Shown: positions 34,487 through 43,878, counted from the first letter of the stretch. The stretch: DNA of 64,000 nt from Candidatus Saccharibacteria bacterium 49-20 (GCA_001897295.1 MKSN01000001.1:672141-736140); one strand, 5' to 3'. Notes: generated from the sequence alone by a model not told the origin. Numbers and translations: made by a program.

Positions 34487-35257
34487 CTAAAAGACCCGAG
34501 ATTTTGCCTCAAGATAGTCGTGCAGCGCCTTTGCGCTATCAGTAGCAAGGACTGCAGTTCGACGCTGCTGAACATTCTTCGTAAAGGTCGAGCTCGCGGT
34601 CGAGAAGTCTTCAAGGACAGCTTCTCGTTGGGTGCTTAACGCGGCGTATTCGGCGCTATTCGTGTCAGCAATTACCGCCATTTGGTCTAGGATGGTCGCG
34701 AGTTCGTCGTACTTTGCTGCGAATGCTGTTGCTAGCTGCGCGTAGTCTTCGTCGGGGGCGTCGCTCACCGCCTGCATCTCAACCGCACAAGCACGGACAA
34801 CCGCCGCACCTTCGGCATTCGCCTTTACAGTTTGCATCTCGGTTGAACACTTGCGAAGCACGGGCTGGAGCTTCTCCATCGAATCAATGACATTCGTATT
34901 GTACGCAATAAAGCGCTTCAGGTCTTCGTTGTAGGCGTCATAAAGGGCCTTCCCCTCGCCTTCTTTCAGAACCGACTCATCACCAAGTGCCTCATTCTCT
35001 TTTTCGAGTGACACAAAGGCAGCCCGTACCGCAGTAATGCCCTGTGCAAACTCTTCATCGGTCGCCTCACTGGCGTTGAGGGAAATATTTGTGCGACCAA
35101 GCGCGTTATCAACATTTTGGAACTGTGCCTGTGCGTCGCGGTATGGTTGGCGAGCTGGCGTCACAAGAATACCATACACAAGCAGCCCACAAATAATCGC
35201 CAAGGCAGCAGCAATACTACCAATCAAGGTTTTCTTTGAAGATAAGACTCCAGACAT
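34487..35257 (-). CDS. membrane-anchored helical protein (paralog of 33315-34415, without the Pro/Ala region)
   Basis: N-terminal TM, then a similar helical domain (..RKCSTEMQTV...RACAVEMQAV.., SAKALHDYLEAK). Confidence 0.7.
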   Translation of the reverse strand: MSGVLSSKKTLIGSIAAALAIICGLLVYGILVTPARQPYRDAQAQFQNVDNALGRTNISLNASEATDEEFAQGITAVRAAFVSLEKENEALGDESVLKEGEGKALYDAYNEDLKRFIAYNTNVIDSMEKLQPVLRKCSTEMQTVKANAEGAAVVRACAVEMQAVSDAPDEDYAQLATAFAAKYDELATILDQMAVIADTNSAEYAALSTQREAVLEDFSTASSTFTKNVQQRRTAVLATDSAKALHDYLEAKSRVF

Positions 35258-35284
35258 ACTTTACCTAGTGTACAGGATGCCGCC

Positions 35285-36928
35285 TTAAAGTTGCACCACT
35301 TCGCCGCTAAGCTGTTTTCGGAAATGCGTATCGTGAGAGATGTACAAAATAGCACCCGCATAACTCTGCAGGGCGTTTTCGAGCTCCTCGATACTTGGAA
35401 GATCAAGGTGGTTCGTCGGCTCGTCGAGTACGAGCAGCGACGGGCTATCGGCCAGCATATCAATAAGCTGCAGGCGGGCCTTTTGGCCACCGCTAAGCTG
35501 CTTCACCGGAATACTCGCGTCACCCTGGCTAAACAGGTAGTCAGCCATAAGCTGGCGCACCTTTGTGTCACCTACTTTAAGGCCACGCGAGAGGAAAATA
35601 TGTTCAATCGCCTCGGCAAGCGTCTTATCAAGAATCTCCGTTGGCGTCTCTTGTTCGTACACACCGACGCGAATCTTCTTATCAACATCGATCACACCAT
35701 CAAAGCTTTTAGCACTGAACGACTTTCCTTGCGCGGTCGCAAGAAGTGTTTTTACGAGCGTCGACTTACCCGCCCCGTTACGGCCACGCAGTTCGACAAC
35801 CTCGCCTTCACGAATTTGGAAGGAAATATCTTTAAAGAGTGGCGTGTCATAGCCAAGCGAAAGCCCAGTGATATTCACAAGAAGACGACTATAGCCTTCT
35901 TCCCCATTCACGCCGTGAAGCTTAATGTTCTTTGCCTTATACTTCTGATATTGCTCACCCGTTTTGAGGCCCATATCTTGGACCGATTCGCGGTCTACCC
36001 AGAATGTCGGCTTCTCGGTCTTTTCAAGCTTCGCAAGCTCGGCGCGCGACTGCTCTTCGAGGCGCTTAAAGCGCTGAATTGTACTCGGTGAACGAGATTT
36101 TTCCTTATAGCGTTGGTACTCAAGTACCTTAGCTTTTAGGTTCACGATCCGGCGCTGCGTCAGTTCATACTCGTTCATCATCGAACCAGTGCTTGATGAG
36201 TTTTGGCGCAAGTAATCAGTATAATTACCCTTGTAGCTAAGGATTTTCTGGTCTTTTACCTCAAGAATACGATCAACTTTTTCGAGTACATCACGGTCGT
36301 GCGAAATCACAATCATCGCATCGTTTGCAGACGACATCCATTGAAGAAACTTGTCTTTCGCGACGTAGTCCATGTGGTTGGTTGGCTCGTCGACAAGCGC
36401 GAGTTGCGCCTTCGAAAGCATTACCTTTGCAACTTCAATCAGGCGCTTTTGACCACCTGACAGTTCGCCGAGTGTCGAGTTGATACGGTCGCCCAGTTGG
36501 AATGAGTCGAGCACCTTCTCCACTTCATTCTCAATCGTGTAGTAGCCAAGCGCGTCAAACTGTTCGAGCGCTTCGGAATACTCGTTAATGAGGTGCATCT
36601 TGTCGCCCATGATCAACGGATGGTTTTCAAGGATATGCTTTAGCTTGGCATACTTCGGAAGGTCTTGAAGAATATACTCGAGCACCGGCATATCCTCGAA
36701 GCCGTGATGCTCTTGGCGGGTTGCCACCATGTGCACCCCCTTACTAAGCTGCAATTCACCCTGGAAGTCGTTATCTTCACCCGCGAGAATACGGAAAAGA
36801 GTTGTCTTACCCTCACCATTACGGCCAATCAGCCCCACCTTTTCACCGTCCTCAACAAAAAACGAGGTGCCGTTAAAAAGGCTTTTGTCGCCAAAGGATT
36901 TTTCGCTGATGGTCGCAGTGATAATCAT
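35285..36928 (-). CDS. ABC-F family ATPase (two ABC domains, no TM domain)
   Basis: Two Walker A sites (GRNGEGKTT, GRNGAGKST), two LSGGQK signatures, and an inter-domain charged linker. Confidence 0.9.
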   Translation of the reverse strand: MIITATISEKSFGDKSLFNGTSFFVEDGEKVGLIGRNGEGKTTLFRILAGEDNDFQGELQLSKGVHMVATRQEHHGFEDMPVLEYILQDLPKYAKLKHILENHPLIMGDKMHLINEYSEALEQFDALGYYTIENEVEKVLDSFQLGDRINSTLGELSGGQKRLIEVAKVMLSKAQLALVDEPTNHMDYVAKDKFLQWMSSANDAMIVISHDRDVLEKVDRILEVKDQKILSYKGNYTDYLRQNSSSTGSMMNEYELTQRRIVNLKAKVLEYQRYKEKSRSPSTIQRFKRLEEQSRAELAKLEKTEKPTFWVDRESVQDMGLKTGEQYQKYKAKNIKLHGVNGEEGYSRLLVNITGLSLGYDTPLFKDISFQIREGEVVELRGRNGAGKSTLVKTLLATAQGKSFSAKSFDGVIDVDKKIRVGVYEQETPTEILDKTLAEAIEHIFLSRGLKVGDTKVRQLMADYLFSQGDASIPVKQLSGGQKARLQLIDMLADSPSLLVLDEPTNHLDLPSIEELENALQSYAGAILYISHDTHFRKQLSGEVVQL

Positions 36929-36978
36929 ACAGTGTCCTATTATACCCTGTTATCTTAGATAATAACAGAGGTGGAATA

Positions 36979-37007
36979 TTGATATATTATATAACTTATG
37001 TTATAAT
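36979..37007 (+). promoter_or_regulatory. sigma-70 promoter TTGATA-17-TATAAT for cassette B, with the -10 in the loop of an inverted repeat
   Basis: TTGATAtattatataacttatgtTATAAT has an exact 17-nt spacer. An inverted repeat cttatgt/acataag (36995-37016) brackets the -10. Confidence 0.6.
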
Positions 37008-37065
37008 ATACATAAGCTTATGTTCCTGCATCCGCAGTGAGCGAAGTCCGAGAGAAAGGAAGGCC

Positions 37066-37605
37066 ATGGCCTCCACCTCACCCGCACCTTTCCCGTACCG
37101 CGACGCCAGAAGCACTCACCTTCACGTTCGCCAGATGCACGAAAACGTCGGCAACTTCCCCTACTTCGAAGAAGAGGGGTCGCTGCCCGTCATCGACGCC
37201 GACACGTACTCTGCATGGCGGCGCCTGGAGTTGCTATTCCCCGACGCCAACACCGTGGAGACAGGGCATCCCTTCGGAATACCTGCTCGTATGGAATTCT
37301 TCTGGGACCCCAGCTACGACAGTCGGGGTGTGACGTTCTTCGACGACAAGGGTCACCTCATCGTCCACGTCCTGCACGCCCTACTGGGCTACGGCGGCTC
37401 CGGACCGATGTTCAGCAAGCAGATCATGCTGCATCTCGGCGTCTCGGAAACGATGTTCCAGGACATCCAGTCCGCACTCTGGGATCAGCGGCCCTACAAG
37501 GTCGTCCTCTCCCGCGAGCGTCACGACATCGTCGATGAGGACGTCGAGTTCGTCGCTCCTGGCTCTGGCATTCTGCCGAGCTGGGAGTGGTGGCGCGTGC
37601 TCTGA
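37066..37605 (+). CDS. hypothetical protein, elevated-GC single-gene cassette B
   Basis: 179-aa ORF from ATG 37066, preceded by GAGAAAGGAAG. Third positions are enriched in G/C, and a 12-bp GC hairpin follows the stop. Contains an LLGYGGSGP motif that I cannot assign to a family. Confidence 0.55.
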   Translation: MASTSPAPFPYRDARSTHLHVRQMHENVGNFPYFEEEGSLPVIDADTYSAWRRLELLFPDANTVETGHPFGIPARMEFFWDPSYDSRGVTFFDDKGHLIVHVLHALLGYGGSGPMFSKQIMLHLGVSETMFQDIQSALWDQRPYKVVLSRERHDIVDEDVEFVAPGSGILPSWEWWRVL

Positions 37606-37626
37606 TCCACACTCATCGGGAAAGGT

Positions 37627-37656
37627 AAGGCCCGCGAGATTCGTCTCGCGGGCCTT
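37627..37656. terminator. 12-bp perfect GC hairpin between convergent cassette B and pnp
   Basis: aaggcccgcgag-attcgt-ctcgcgggcctt, with a T-run at 37662-37666 on the plus strand. Confidence 0.7.
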
Positions 37657-37676
37657 CCTCCTTTTTATACGACTAA

Positions 37677-39803
37677 CTATTCACGGTTTGCTTCTTTAAT
37701 AGAAAGACTCAAACGACCCTTTTCATCAATCGCCACAAGCTTCACCTTCACGATTTGGCCTTCAGTAAGCACATCTTCAACCTTTTCGACGCGTTCGTCA
37801 GAAAGTTGTGAGATGTGAACCATACCGTCGGTTCCAGGAAGGATATTCACAAATGCACCGAAGTCTTTAATAGTCACAACCTTACCTTCGTAGATAGTAC
37901 CTACTTCAGGTTCAGTCGTAAGACCCTTAATCCATTCGATTGCGCGTGCAATGCCCTCTGCATCTGAGCCAGCCACAGTAATGAGACCGTCTTCCTTGAT
38001 GTCGATTTCAGCACCGGTTTCCGAAGTAATCTTGTTAATCACTTCTCCACCCTTACCAATGACTGCACCAATCTTTTCTGGGTTGATCTTAATCTTCTCG
38101 ATACGTGGCGCGTATGGGCTGAGCTCCTTGCGTGGTTCAGCGAGTGTCGCGAGCATACTTTCAAGAATGTGCGCACGGCCCTTCTTTGCAGTCATGATTG
38201 CTTCTTTAAGAATTTCAACTGGGAGTCCGTGGACCTTCATGTCCATTTGGAGTGCAGTAATACCTGCAGCGGTACCGGCAGACTTGAAGTCCATGTCACC
38301 GGCGAAGTCTTCAGCGTCAGCGATGTCGCTCAGAATGTTTGGCGTGTCGCCGTCCATAATAAGCCCCATTGCGATACCAGATACAGGCGCCTTAATTGGC
38401 ACACCCGCGTCCATAAGCGCAAGACAGCTAGAACACGTTGCGGCCATTGAAGTTGAACCGTTTTGACTCATGATTTCCGTCACGCTACGAATGGCGTATG
38501 GGAAGTCTTCAACATCAGGAAGCACTGGAAGAAGCGCACGCTCTGCAAGATAGCCGTGACCAATTTCGCGGCGACCTGGACCACCGAGGCGCTGTACTTC
38601 ACCTACTGTGTAGCCTGGTGCGTTGTAGTGGTGCATGTAGCGACGCTCGCCATCGTTGATTTCCATTGTGTCAACGAGTTGTGCGTAGCTAAGTGGCGCG
38701 AGGGTTACGACATTAAGGCCCTGGGTCATACCACGAGTAAAGAGTGCTGAGCCGTGTACGCGTGGGAGGACGCCTACTTCGCTTGAAAGTGGACGAATCT
38801 CATCGAATGCGCGACCGTCTGGGCGAACCTTGTGCTCAACAATACCCTTGCGGACATCTTTATGAACTGCAGCCGTAAAGGCCTCGTCGTACTTATCGCG
38901 TGGATAGGTAGCGCCTTCGTTCTCCGCTTCGTACTTAGCGGCGGTTTCTTCGTGGAAAGCCCAGCGAAGCTGGTTGATAAGCTCATTGCGTTCTGGGTAT
39001 GGCTTGCGAATTGCTTCACCAAGCTTGCCATCTACCCATGCGTCAGCTGCTTCTTGAAGCGCTGGGTCTGGGAGTACCAATCTGTATTCTTGTGCAACTG
39101 GTGCGATCTTTTCAGCAAGCTCTTTTTGAAGCGCGATTGCTGGTTGGTAGTGTTCGTAGGCCCATGCGAGTGCATCGGCAACCACTTCTTCTGGCACTTG
39201 GTCGGCACCAGCTTCCACCATGGTAATACCACTTTCAATACCTGCGACTACAAGGTCGAGATCTGAGGCTTCACGCTCTTCAGGTGAGAGGAATGCTTTG
39301 AATTCGCCGTTCACGCGACCCACGCGAAGACCCGCAACCGGACCATCGAATGGTGTACCGGTAAGCATAAGAGCCGCAGAGGCTGCAATCATTGCCGGCA
39401 TGTCTGGGCGGAATGATGGGTCGAGGCTGAGCACACTTGCGACAACCTGCACTTCTTGGCGGTACCCCTTAGGGAACAACGGACGGATTGGGCGGTCAAT
39501 CAAACGACCGATAAGAATCGCCTCGTCAGATGGACGGCCTTCACGCTTAATGAAGCGGCTGCCGCTAATTTTGCCAGCTGCATAAAATTTTTCTTCATAG
39601 TCGATACTGAGCGGGAAGTAATCGAGTACTACTGGGCGCGTCCCAACGGTTGCTGAACCAAGCACAACGGTGTCGCCGTACTTTACGAGTACAGAACCAG
39701 TGGTGCGAAAGCCTACGCGGTTTACTTCCAATGTTAATGGACGACCTTCGAACTCGGTCGTCACGCTAATAATGTCCTTGCCATACGGATTGATTGTTGG
39801 CAT
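37677..39803 (-). CDS. pnp: polyribonucleotide nucleotidyltransferase (PNPase)
   Basis: 708 aa with two RNase PH domains, a KH domain (IGAVIGKGGEVINKI) and an S1 domain (GTIYEGKVVTIKDFGAFVNI). Confidence 0.95.
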   Translation of the reverse strand: MPTINPYGKDIISVTTEFEGRPLTLEVNRVGFRTTGSVLVKYGDTVVLGSATVGTRPVVLDYFPLSIDYEEKFYAAGKISGSRFIKREGRPSDEAILIGRLIDRPIRPLFPKGYRQEVQVVASVLSLDPSFRPDMPAMIAASAALMLTGTPFDGPVAGLRVGRVNGEFKAFLSPEEREASDLDLVVAGIESGITMVEAGADQVPEEVVADALAWAYEHYQPAIALQKELAEKIAPVAQEYRLVLPDPALQEAADAWVDGKLGEAIRKPYPERNELINQLRWAFHEETAAKYEAENEGATYPRDKYDEAFTAAVHKDVRKGIVEHKVRPDGRAFDEIRPLSSEVGVLPRVHGSALFTRGMTQGLNVVTLAPLSYAQLVDTMEINDGERRYMHHYNAPGYTVGEVQRLGGPGRREIGHGYLAERALLPVLPDVEDFPYAIRSVTEIMSQNGSTSMAATCSSCLALMDAGVPIKAPVSGIAMGLIMDGDTPNILSDIADAEDFAGDMDFKSAGTAAGITALQMDMKVHGLPVEILKEAIMTAKKGRAHILESMLATLAEPRKELSPYAPRIEKIKINPEKIGAVIGKGGEVINKITSETGAEIDIKEDGLITVAGSDAEGIARAIEWIKGLTTEPEVGTIYEGKVVTIKDFGAFVNILPGTDGMVHISQLSDERVEKVEDVLTEGQIVKVKLVAIDEKGRLSLSIKEANRE

Positions 39804-39919
39804 TGAACCTCCTTATTTTTAGTCCCACTTCTTTCTTTAAAGCGAGTAAGTAACGGGTACAGTGTTTCGATAGAATCGAAGCGCTCTATCCTGCACTTAT
39901 TCGCATGTGGGATATACCT

Positions 39920-39928
39920 ATTATAGCA
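39920..39928 (-). promoter_or_regulatory. extended -10 (TGCTATAAT) giving pnp a leader of about 110 nt
   Basis: The minus strand reads gtgactaTGCTATAATagg. AAGGAGG SD lies before ATG 39803. Confidence 0.5.
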
Positions 39929-40019
39929 TAGTCACAACAGTAGTAGACTTGACTTTTTATACTGTTTATGGTAATTTGATTTTATACAATTCAAAAACAA
40001 ACACGAGGCACCTTACACT

Positions 40020-40253
40020 ATGGGCGAACAAGATCCTTTCGAAGCAAGAGCAGCGCACGCAAAGCAAGTTGTAGACCGCATCAGAAGCGCCACGCCCGAA
40101 GAGCGCGCAGCAAACCTTGAAGCGGGTATTCATGACATGGCAGAGGACCTTTACAGTAGGTTGCGCCTAGAGCACGACATTCAGATGTACAATGCCCGAA
40201 GACAAAGACTCGCCGCCACAGCAACGAGTCACCTTGTCGACAGGGTTCAGTAG
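40020..40253 (+). CDS. small hypothetical protein (77 aa, helical, charged)
   Basis: ORF only. A possible TTGACT-17-TAATTT promoter lies at 39949-39977. No motif recognised. Confidence 0.4.
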   Translation: MGEQDPFEARAAHAKQVVDRIRSATPEERAANLEAGIHDMAEDLYSRLRLEHDIQMYNARRQRLAATATSHLVDRVQ

Positions 40254-40256
40254 TCC

Positions 40257-40637
40257 TTAACCGTTTCGCGGAATCGCCACAAGATCGATATCAAACACGA
40301 GGTCGCTATTTGCAGGGATGTTCCTTGAAGGGCTTGAGGCGCCGTATGCCATCTCTGCAGGGATAATCAGACGACGAGTACCACCAATTTTCATACCAGG
40401 AACACCGTGCGTCCAGCCCTTAATAACCTGGTCGAGACCAAAGGTGATCGCGTCACCAAAGTCGTGACTACTTTGGAAAATAATACCGTTCTTCACTAGT
40501 GCGCCGGTGTAGTGTGCAGTAATAGTTGCACCCGGCTTCACTTCTTCGCCAGCTCCTACTTCTACATCGATAATTTCAAGTTCTTTTACTTCGTCGCGCG
40601 GGTCAAAGCCGTGCAGTTTTGTACCTTCGTAGGCCAT
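40257..40637 (-). CDS. FKBP-type peptidyl-prolyl cis-trans isomerase
   Basis: HYTGALVKNGIIFQSS..., GWTHGVPGMKIGGTRRLIIPAEMAYG. Confidence 0.9.
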   Translation of the reverse strand: MAYEGTKLHGFDPRDEVKELEIIDVEVGAGEEVKPGATITAHYTGALVKNGIIFQSSHDFGDAITFGLDQVIKGWTHGVPGMKIGGTRRLIIPAEMAYGASSPSRNIPANSDLVFDIDLVAIPRNG

Positions 40638-40801
40638 AGTTTCTCCTTGGTTCTTTATTCTATTTTACCAAAGTATTCCCTAGGGCACCCTCCCCTGCTA
40701 TACTTTCCCTACTATGACCTGCGGGTCCTCTACGCGTCGACGTTCGGACGAGCCGAACCACTAACGCTCACCTACATAACAATTACAAGGAGAGCAACAA
40801 C

Positions 40802-41248
40802 ATGAGCACACGTCGTACAAACGTGAGGGGTATTATTTATCGTGACGGACAACTCCTCGTCACAAAGTTTCGCCAGGAGGACAATTCGGAGAGTGAACAC
40901 TGGGGTACTTTCGGGGGCGGGCTTGATATTGGCGAGTCGATTCTCGAAGGACTTCACCGCGAGATGATTGAAGAGACAGGCATTGCACCGAAGATTGGTC
41001 GCCTACTCTTTATTCAGCAGTTTTATGATGGCGAGAAAGAACAGTTCGAGCTTTTCTTTCACATCGAAAACCCAGAGGACTACGAAGCGATTAGCCTTGA
41101 GAGTACTTCGCACGGACTTCTCGAACTCACGCGCAGTGAATTCGTAGACCCAAAGAAGAGTTTCGTTTTGCCGGCATTTTTAAGCAACATTGATATCGAA
41201 TCATACATCAATGGCACGCTTCCAGTGCACATCTATAGCGAACTTTAG
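40802..41248 (+). CDS. NUDIX hydrolase
   Basis: Nudix box GGGLDIGESILEGLHREMIEETGI. Confidence 0.87.
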   Translation: MSTRRTNVRGIIYRDGQLLVTKFRQEDNSESEHWGTFGGGLDIGESILEGLHREMIEETGIAPKIGRLLFIQQFYDGEKEQFELFFHIENPEDYEAISLESTSHGLLELTRSEFVDPKKSFVLPAFLSNIDIESYINGTLPVHIYSEL

Positions 41249-42039
41249 ACAGACTTCACATCGCGGCGCGGGAAGAATAATAGCGCAATGAAAAGCGACA
41301 CAAGAATCACGACCCCGTAAAATACCGCGTTCCCCCATTCCACCGTGCCGTGGGCGATTTCTACCGCTGGGAAATAGTGGAAAAACGAAAGTTTTTCGTA
41401 TGGCTCAAGCCAATCTACAGCCTGCGCGAAGGTACTGAGTAAGAAGCTGCCAATAGCCAAGATAATCGCCACACCGGTAGTAATTGCACGCTTACCCGTC
41501 GAAAGCCCGATTGCGAAAATAAGGCTCGCCAGCGCCGTCACAAGTAGCCATGTAAATAGGCCGAGTCGTACGAGGACCATCTGATCAACCGACTCACCAA
41601 TCGTCAGAAGCCCAACTTCTACACCAATTATTGGTGCGAGTGAAGCTACGAAACAGATGATAACGATTGAAAACCACTTCGCAAGAATAATCTTTCGACG
41701 ACTCACAGGTAATGCAATCAATGTGCGCAATTGCCCCTTATCCTCCTCTCCGACCGTCAGGCCAATCGCAAGCAAGATAGAAAGGATACTGATAAAGATC
41801 GGCAAGCGAATATCAAAGACCTGGCTGCCAATGTAGCCCGGAAGTTCTTTCCAATCTTGCAAATCGCCCACTAAGCCTTGTAGCGCAGGAGGTAGGCTAT
41901 CAAGGAGTCCGTCAATTTGCCCACCGCTAAAAGATGGAAAGAACGAGGTCATCACAAAACCAAGGAATCCAATACCAATCGCCCACCCAAGAATGAAATA
42001 CCGCTTATCGCGCAGGGTCTTAAAAAATAGATTAAACAT
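41245..42039 (-). CDS. ABC-2 type exporter permease
   Basis: Six TM segments. Start placed at ATG 42039 (MFNLFFKTLRDKRYF), which overlaps the ATPase stop by 8 nt. Confidence 0.75.
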   Translation of the reverse strand: MFNLFFKTLRDKRYFILGWAIGIGFLGFVMTSFFPSFSGGQIDGLLDSLPPALQGLVGDLQDWKELPGYIGSQVFDIRLPIFISILSILLAIGLTVGEEDKGQLRTLIALPVSRRKIILAKWFSIVIICFVASLAPIIGVEVGLLTIGESVDQMVLVRLGLFTWLLVTALASLIFAIGLSTGKRAITTGVAIILAIGSFLLSTFAQAVDWLEPYEKLSFFHYFPAVEIAHGTVEWGNAVFYGVVILVSLFIALLFFPRRDVKSV

Positions 42040-42940
42040 TTTCAGACTCCTCTTCTTGGTACAAATCTTCAAAAGCCGCTTCAGCACTATGATCGGTAAT
42101 TGTCACGTCCAATAGGTGCGGCAGCGTGCCGAGCCATTCTTGCAGACGGATTGCCTTCTCCTTATAGATAAACTCAAGAACATAGCCTTCGGTCTGCTTG
42201 TGCGCCTCGACCATCTCGGCGGCTCTCGGTGCGGTCACCCTCTCTTTTGTCATCACGCGCACCAACTTACCCGCTTGGGTCTCGAGATCTGAAGTCGGGA
42301 TATCTTTGACGAGCTTGCCGTTTTTAATGAGCAAGATGCGCGTACACACATCCGTCACTTCGTTTAGGTAGTGCGACGACATAAAGATAGTTGCGCCGTT
42401 TTCAGAGGCCTCCCGCACCAACTCAATGAAGTGCTGCTGCATCAGTGGGTCGAGTCCGCTACTCGGCTCGTCAAGAATAATGAGTTCAGGCTCGGTCATA
42501 AAGGCAGAAATGAGGGCAATTTTTTGCTTATTACCCCTTGAAAGTGTGTTCAGTTTTTTATCGAGCTGCGGATCAAAGCGAGTCACCAAACTTTTAAATA
42601 GTTCAGTATTAGTTGATACCCCATACGAGCGAGCCACAAACCGTAGATACTGCGCGCCGGTCATACCGTCAAACAAGCTCATATCACCCGTCGCAAAACC
42701 AATGCGACGATGGCTATGGTGCGCATTCGGCAGCGTCACCCGTTCACCAAAAAGCTCTACCTCACCACCCGATGGGTGCTGAAAGCCAAGTAGCATATTA
42801 ATAGTAGTGGATTTCCCTGCGCCGTTCAGGCCAACAAACCCGATCACTTCTCCCTTATGTACAGAGAATGACACATCGTCGACTGCGGCATAGTTGCCGT
42901 ATCGTTTAGAAAGATTCTTTGTTGCAATAATAGCGGTCAT
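42032..42940 (-). CDS. ABC transporter ATP-binding protein
   Basis: Walker A GLNGAGKST, signature LSRGNKQK, Walker B LIILDEP. Confidence 0.92.
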   Translation of the reverse strand: MTAIIATKNLSKRYGNYAAVDDVSFSVHKGEVIGFVGLNGAGKSTTINMLLGFQHPSGGEVELFGERVTLPNAHHSHRRIGFATGDMSLFDGMTGAQYLRFVARSYGVSTNTELFKSLVTRFDPQLDKKLNTLSRGNKQKIALISAFMTEPELIILDEPSSGLDPLMQQHFIELVREASENGATIFMSSHYLNEVTDVCTRILLIKNGKLVKDIPTSDLETQAGKLVRVMTKERVTAPRAAEMVEAHKQTEGYVLEFIYKEKAIRLQEWLGTLPHLLDVTITDHSAEAAFEDLYQEEESENV

Positions 42941-42980
42941 GCTTCTAGTATAGCGCCGCCAAATAAAAAAAGAACTTCGC

Positions 42981-43247
42981 TTATTTGCGAAGTCCTAGTT
43001 TTGCAACGACAGCTTTGTAAGCTTCGAAGTCTTTTGCCTCTAAGTACTTTAGAAGGCGCTTGCGGCGTCCAACCATCTGCACGAGGCCGCGACGAGCCAT
43101 GTGGTCGTGCTTGTTGAGCTTAAGGTGCTCGGTTACCTCTTTAATACGCACAGTAAGTACTGACACTTGAGCTTGTGGGCTTCCAACGTCAGTTTTGTGC
43201 GTTTGCGTCAGGGCGAATGCCTGTGCTTTGTTCTCTGCAGTAATCAT
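42981..43247 (-). CDS. rpsO: 30S ribosomal protein S15
   Basis: Start placed at ATG 43247 (88 aa). Contains GSPQAQVSVLTVRIKEVTEHLKLNKHDHMARRGLVQMVGRRKRLLKYL. TGCTATAGT lies 9 nt upstream. Confidence 0.92.
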   Translation of the reverse strand: MITAENKAQAFALTQTHKTDVGSPQAQVSVLTVRIKEVTEHLKLNKHDHMARRGLVQMVGRRKRLLKYLEAKDFEAYKAVVAKLGLRK

Positions 43248-43345
43248 CAGGTGTGTACTATAGCAGAAATTTCCACAGGTTTCAAGAGGTACTACGCAAA
43301 GGAATTCCAAAATGCTCTTGCTTTGCAAAAAAGCGGCGTATACTA

Positions 43346-43846
43346 ATGCTCAAGAAGATTGATCAGGGCAAATCAATGTCAGAAATATACACACACGAAC
43401 CCCAGCGTCATATTATCGACTACCCCCACTTGGTAGATACTGCCCAGCTGAGCGCCGCGCGCCTGCTCGATATCGACAAGTCCCTCGATTCCGACACATT
43501 TGCGGAAGTACTGGCTCACCATAAGCCCGAAGATCACGAACGAATCATGCAACAAGTTGGTGTACGATTCGACGATGCACTTATTAGTTTTGTGACTGCA
43601 TCTATTATTGGACGCCGAAACCAAGATGTGGTCATTCTAGCGGACGCATCCGAAGGTTTTGACGGTCACCTGCCGTGGGAGCCGCGCTTAACCGCACATG
43701 TAGAGAACCTGAAAAATCACGGCCATCTTCAGACGGTAAATGTATGGGTAGAGCGTTTCTCAACCGATGACCAGGACATCCAAGCCCTTACCGAAACCGC
43801 ACGCGAACTTGCTGTCGAAACCACACCGGAATATCATCCTGCTTAA
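43346..43846 (+). CDS. hypothetical protein (start uncertain: 43346 or 43376)
   Basis: The ORF-track start at 43253 would leave no room for the divergent rpsO promoter. TATACT lies at 43339-43344. No motif recognised. Confidence 0.5.
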   Translation: MLKKIDQGKSMSEIYTHEPQRHIIDYPHLVDTAQLSAARLLDIDKSLDSDTFAEVLAHHKPEDHERIMQQVGVRFDDALISFVTASIIGRRNQDVVILADASEGFDGHLPWEPRLTAHVENLKNHGHLQTVNVWVERFSTDDQDIQALTETARELAVETTPEYHPA

Positions 43847-43849
43847 GCA

Positions 43850-43878
43850 TTGACTTTTTATCTGTTAAGTGGTATAAT
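43850..43878 (+). promoter_or_regulatory. near-consensus promoter TTGACT-17-(TGg)TATAAT, 9 nt before the ATG of the 1156-aa gene
   Basis: TTGACTttttatctgttaagtggTATAATtcaaccgttATG, with no SD. Confidence 0.65.

Noticed and set aside
33984-34545. Plus-strand ORFs of 168 and 176 aa (Gly/Ala/Trp/Arg-rich) opposite the Pro/Ala-repeat region.
   Set aside because: They are an artefact of the low-complexity GC-rich repeat. The reverse complement of Pro/Ala codons gives Gly/Ala/Trp/Arg runs.
36979-37065. A TTG-initiated N-terminal extension of cassette B (MIYYITYVIIYISLC...).
   Set aside because: The extension is AT-rich promoter DNA containing the TTGATA-17-TATAAT elements. The internal ATG at 37066 has a strong SD.
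43253-43345. An upstream extension of the 43346-43846 ORF.
   Set aside because: It starts 6 nt from the divergent rpsO start and would cover the rpsO -10 box.
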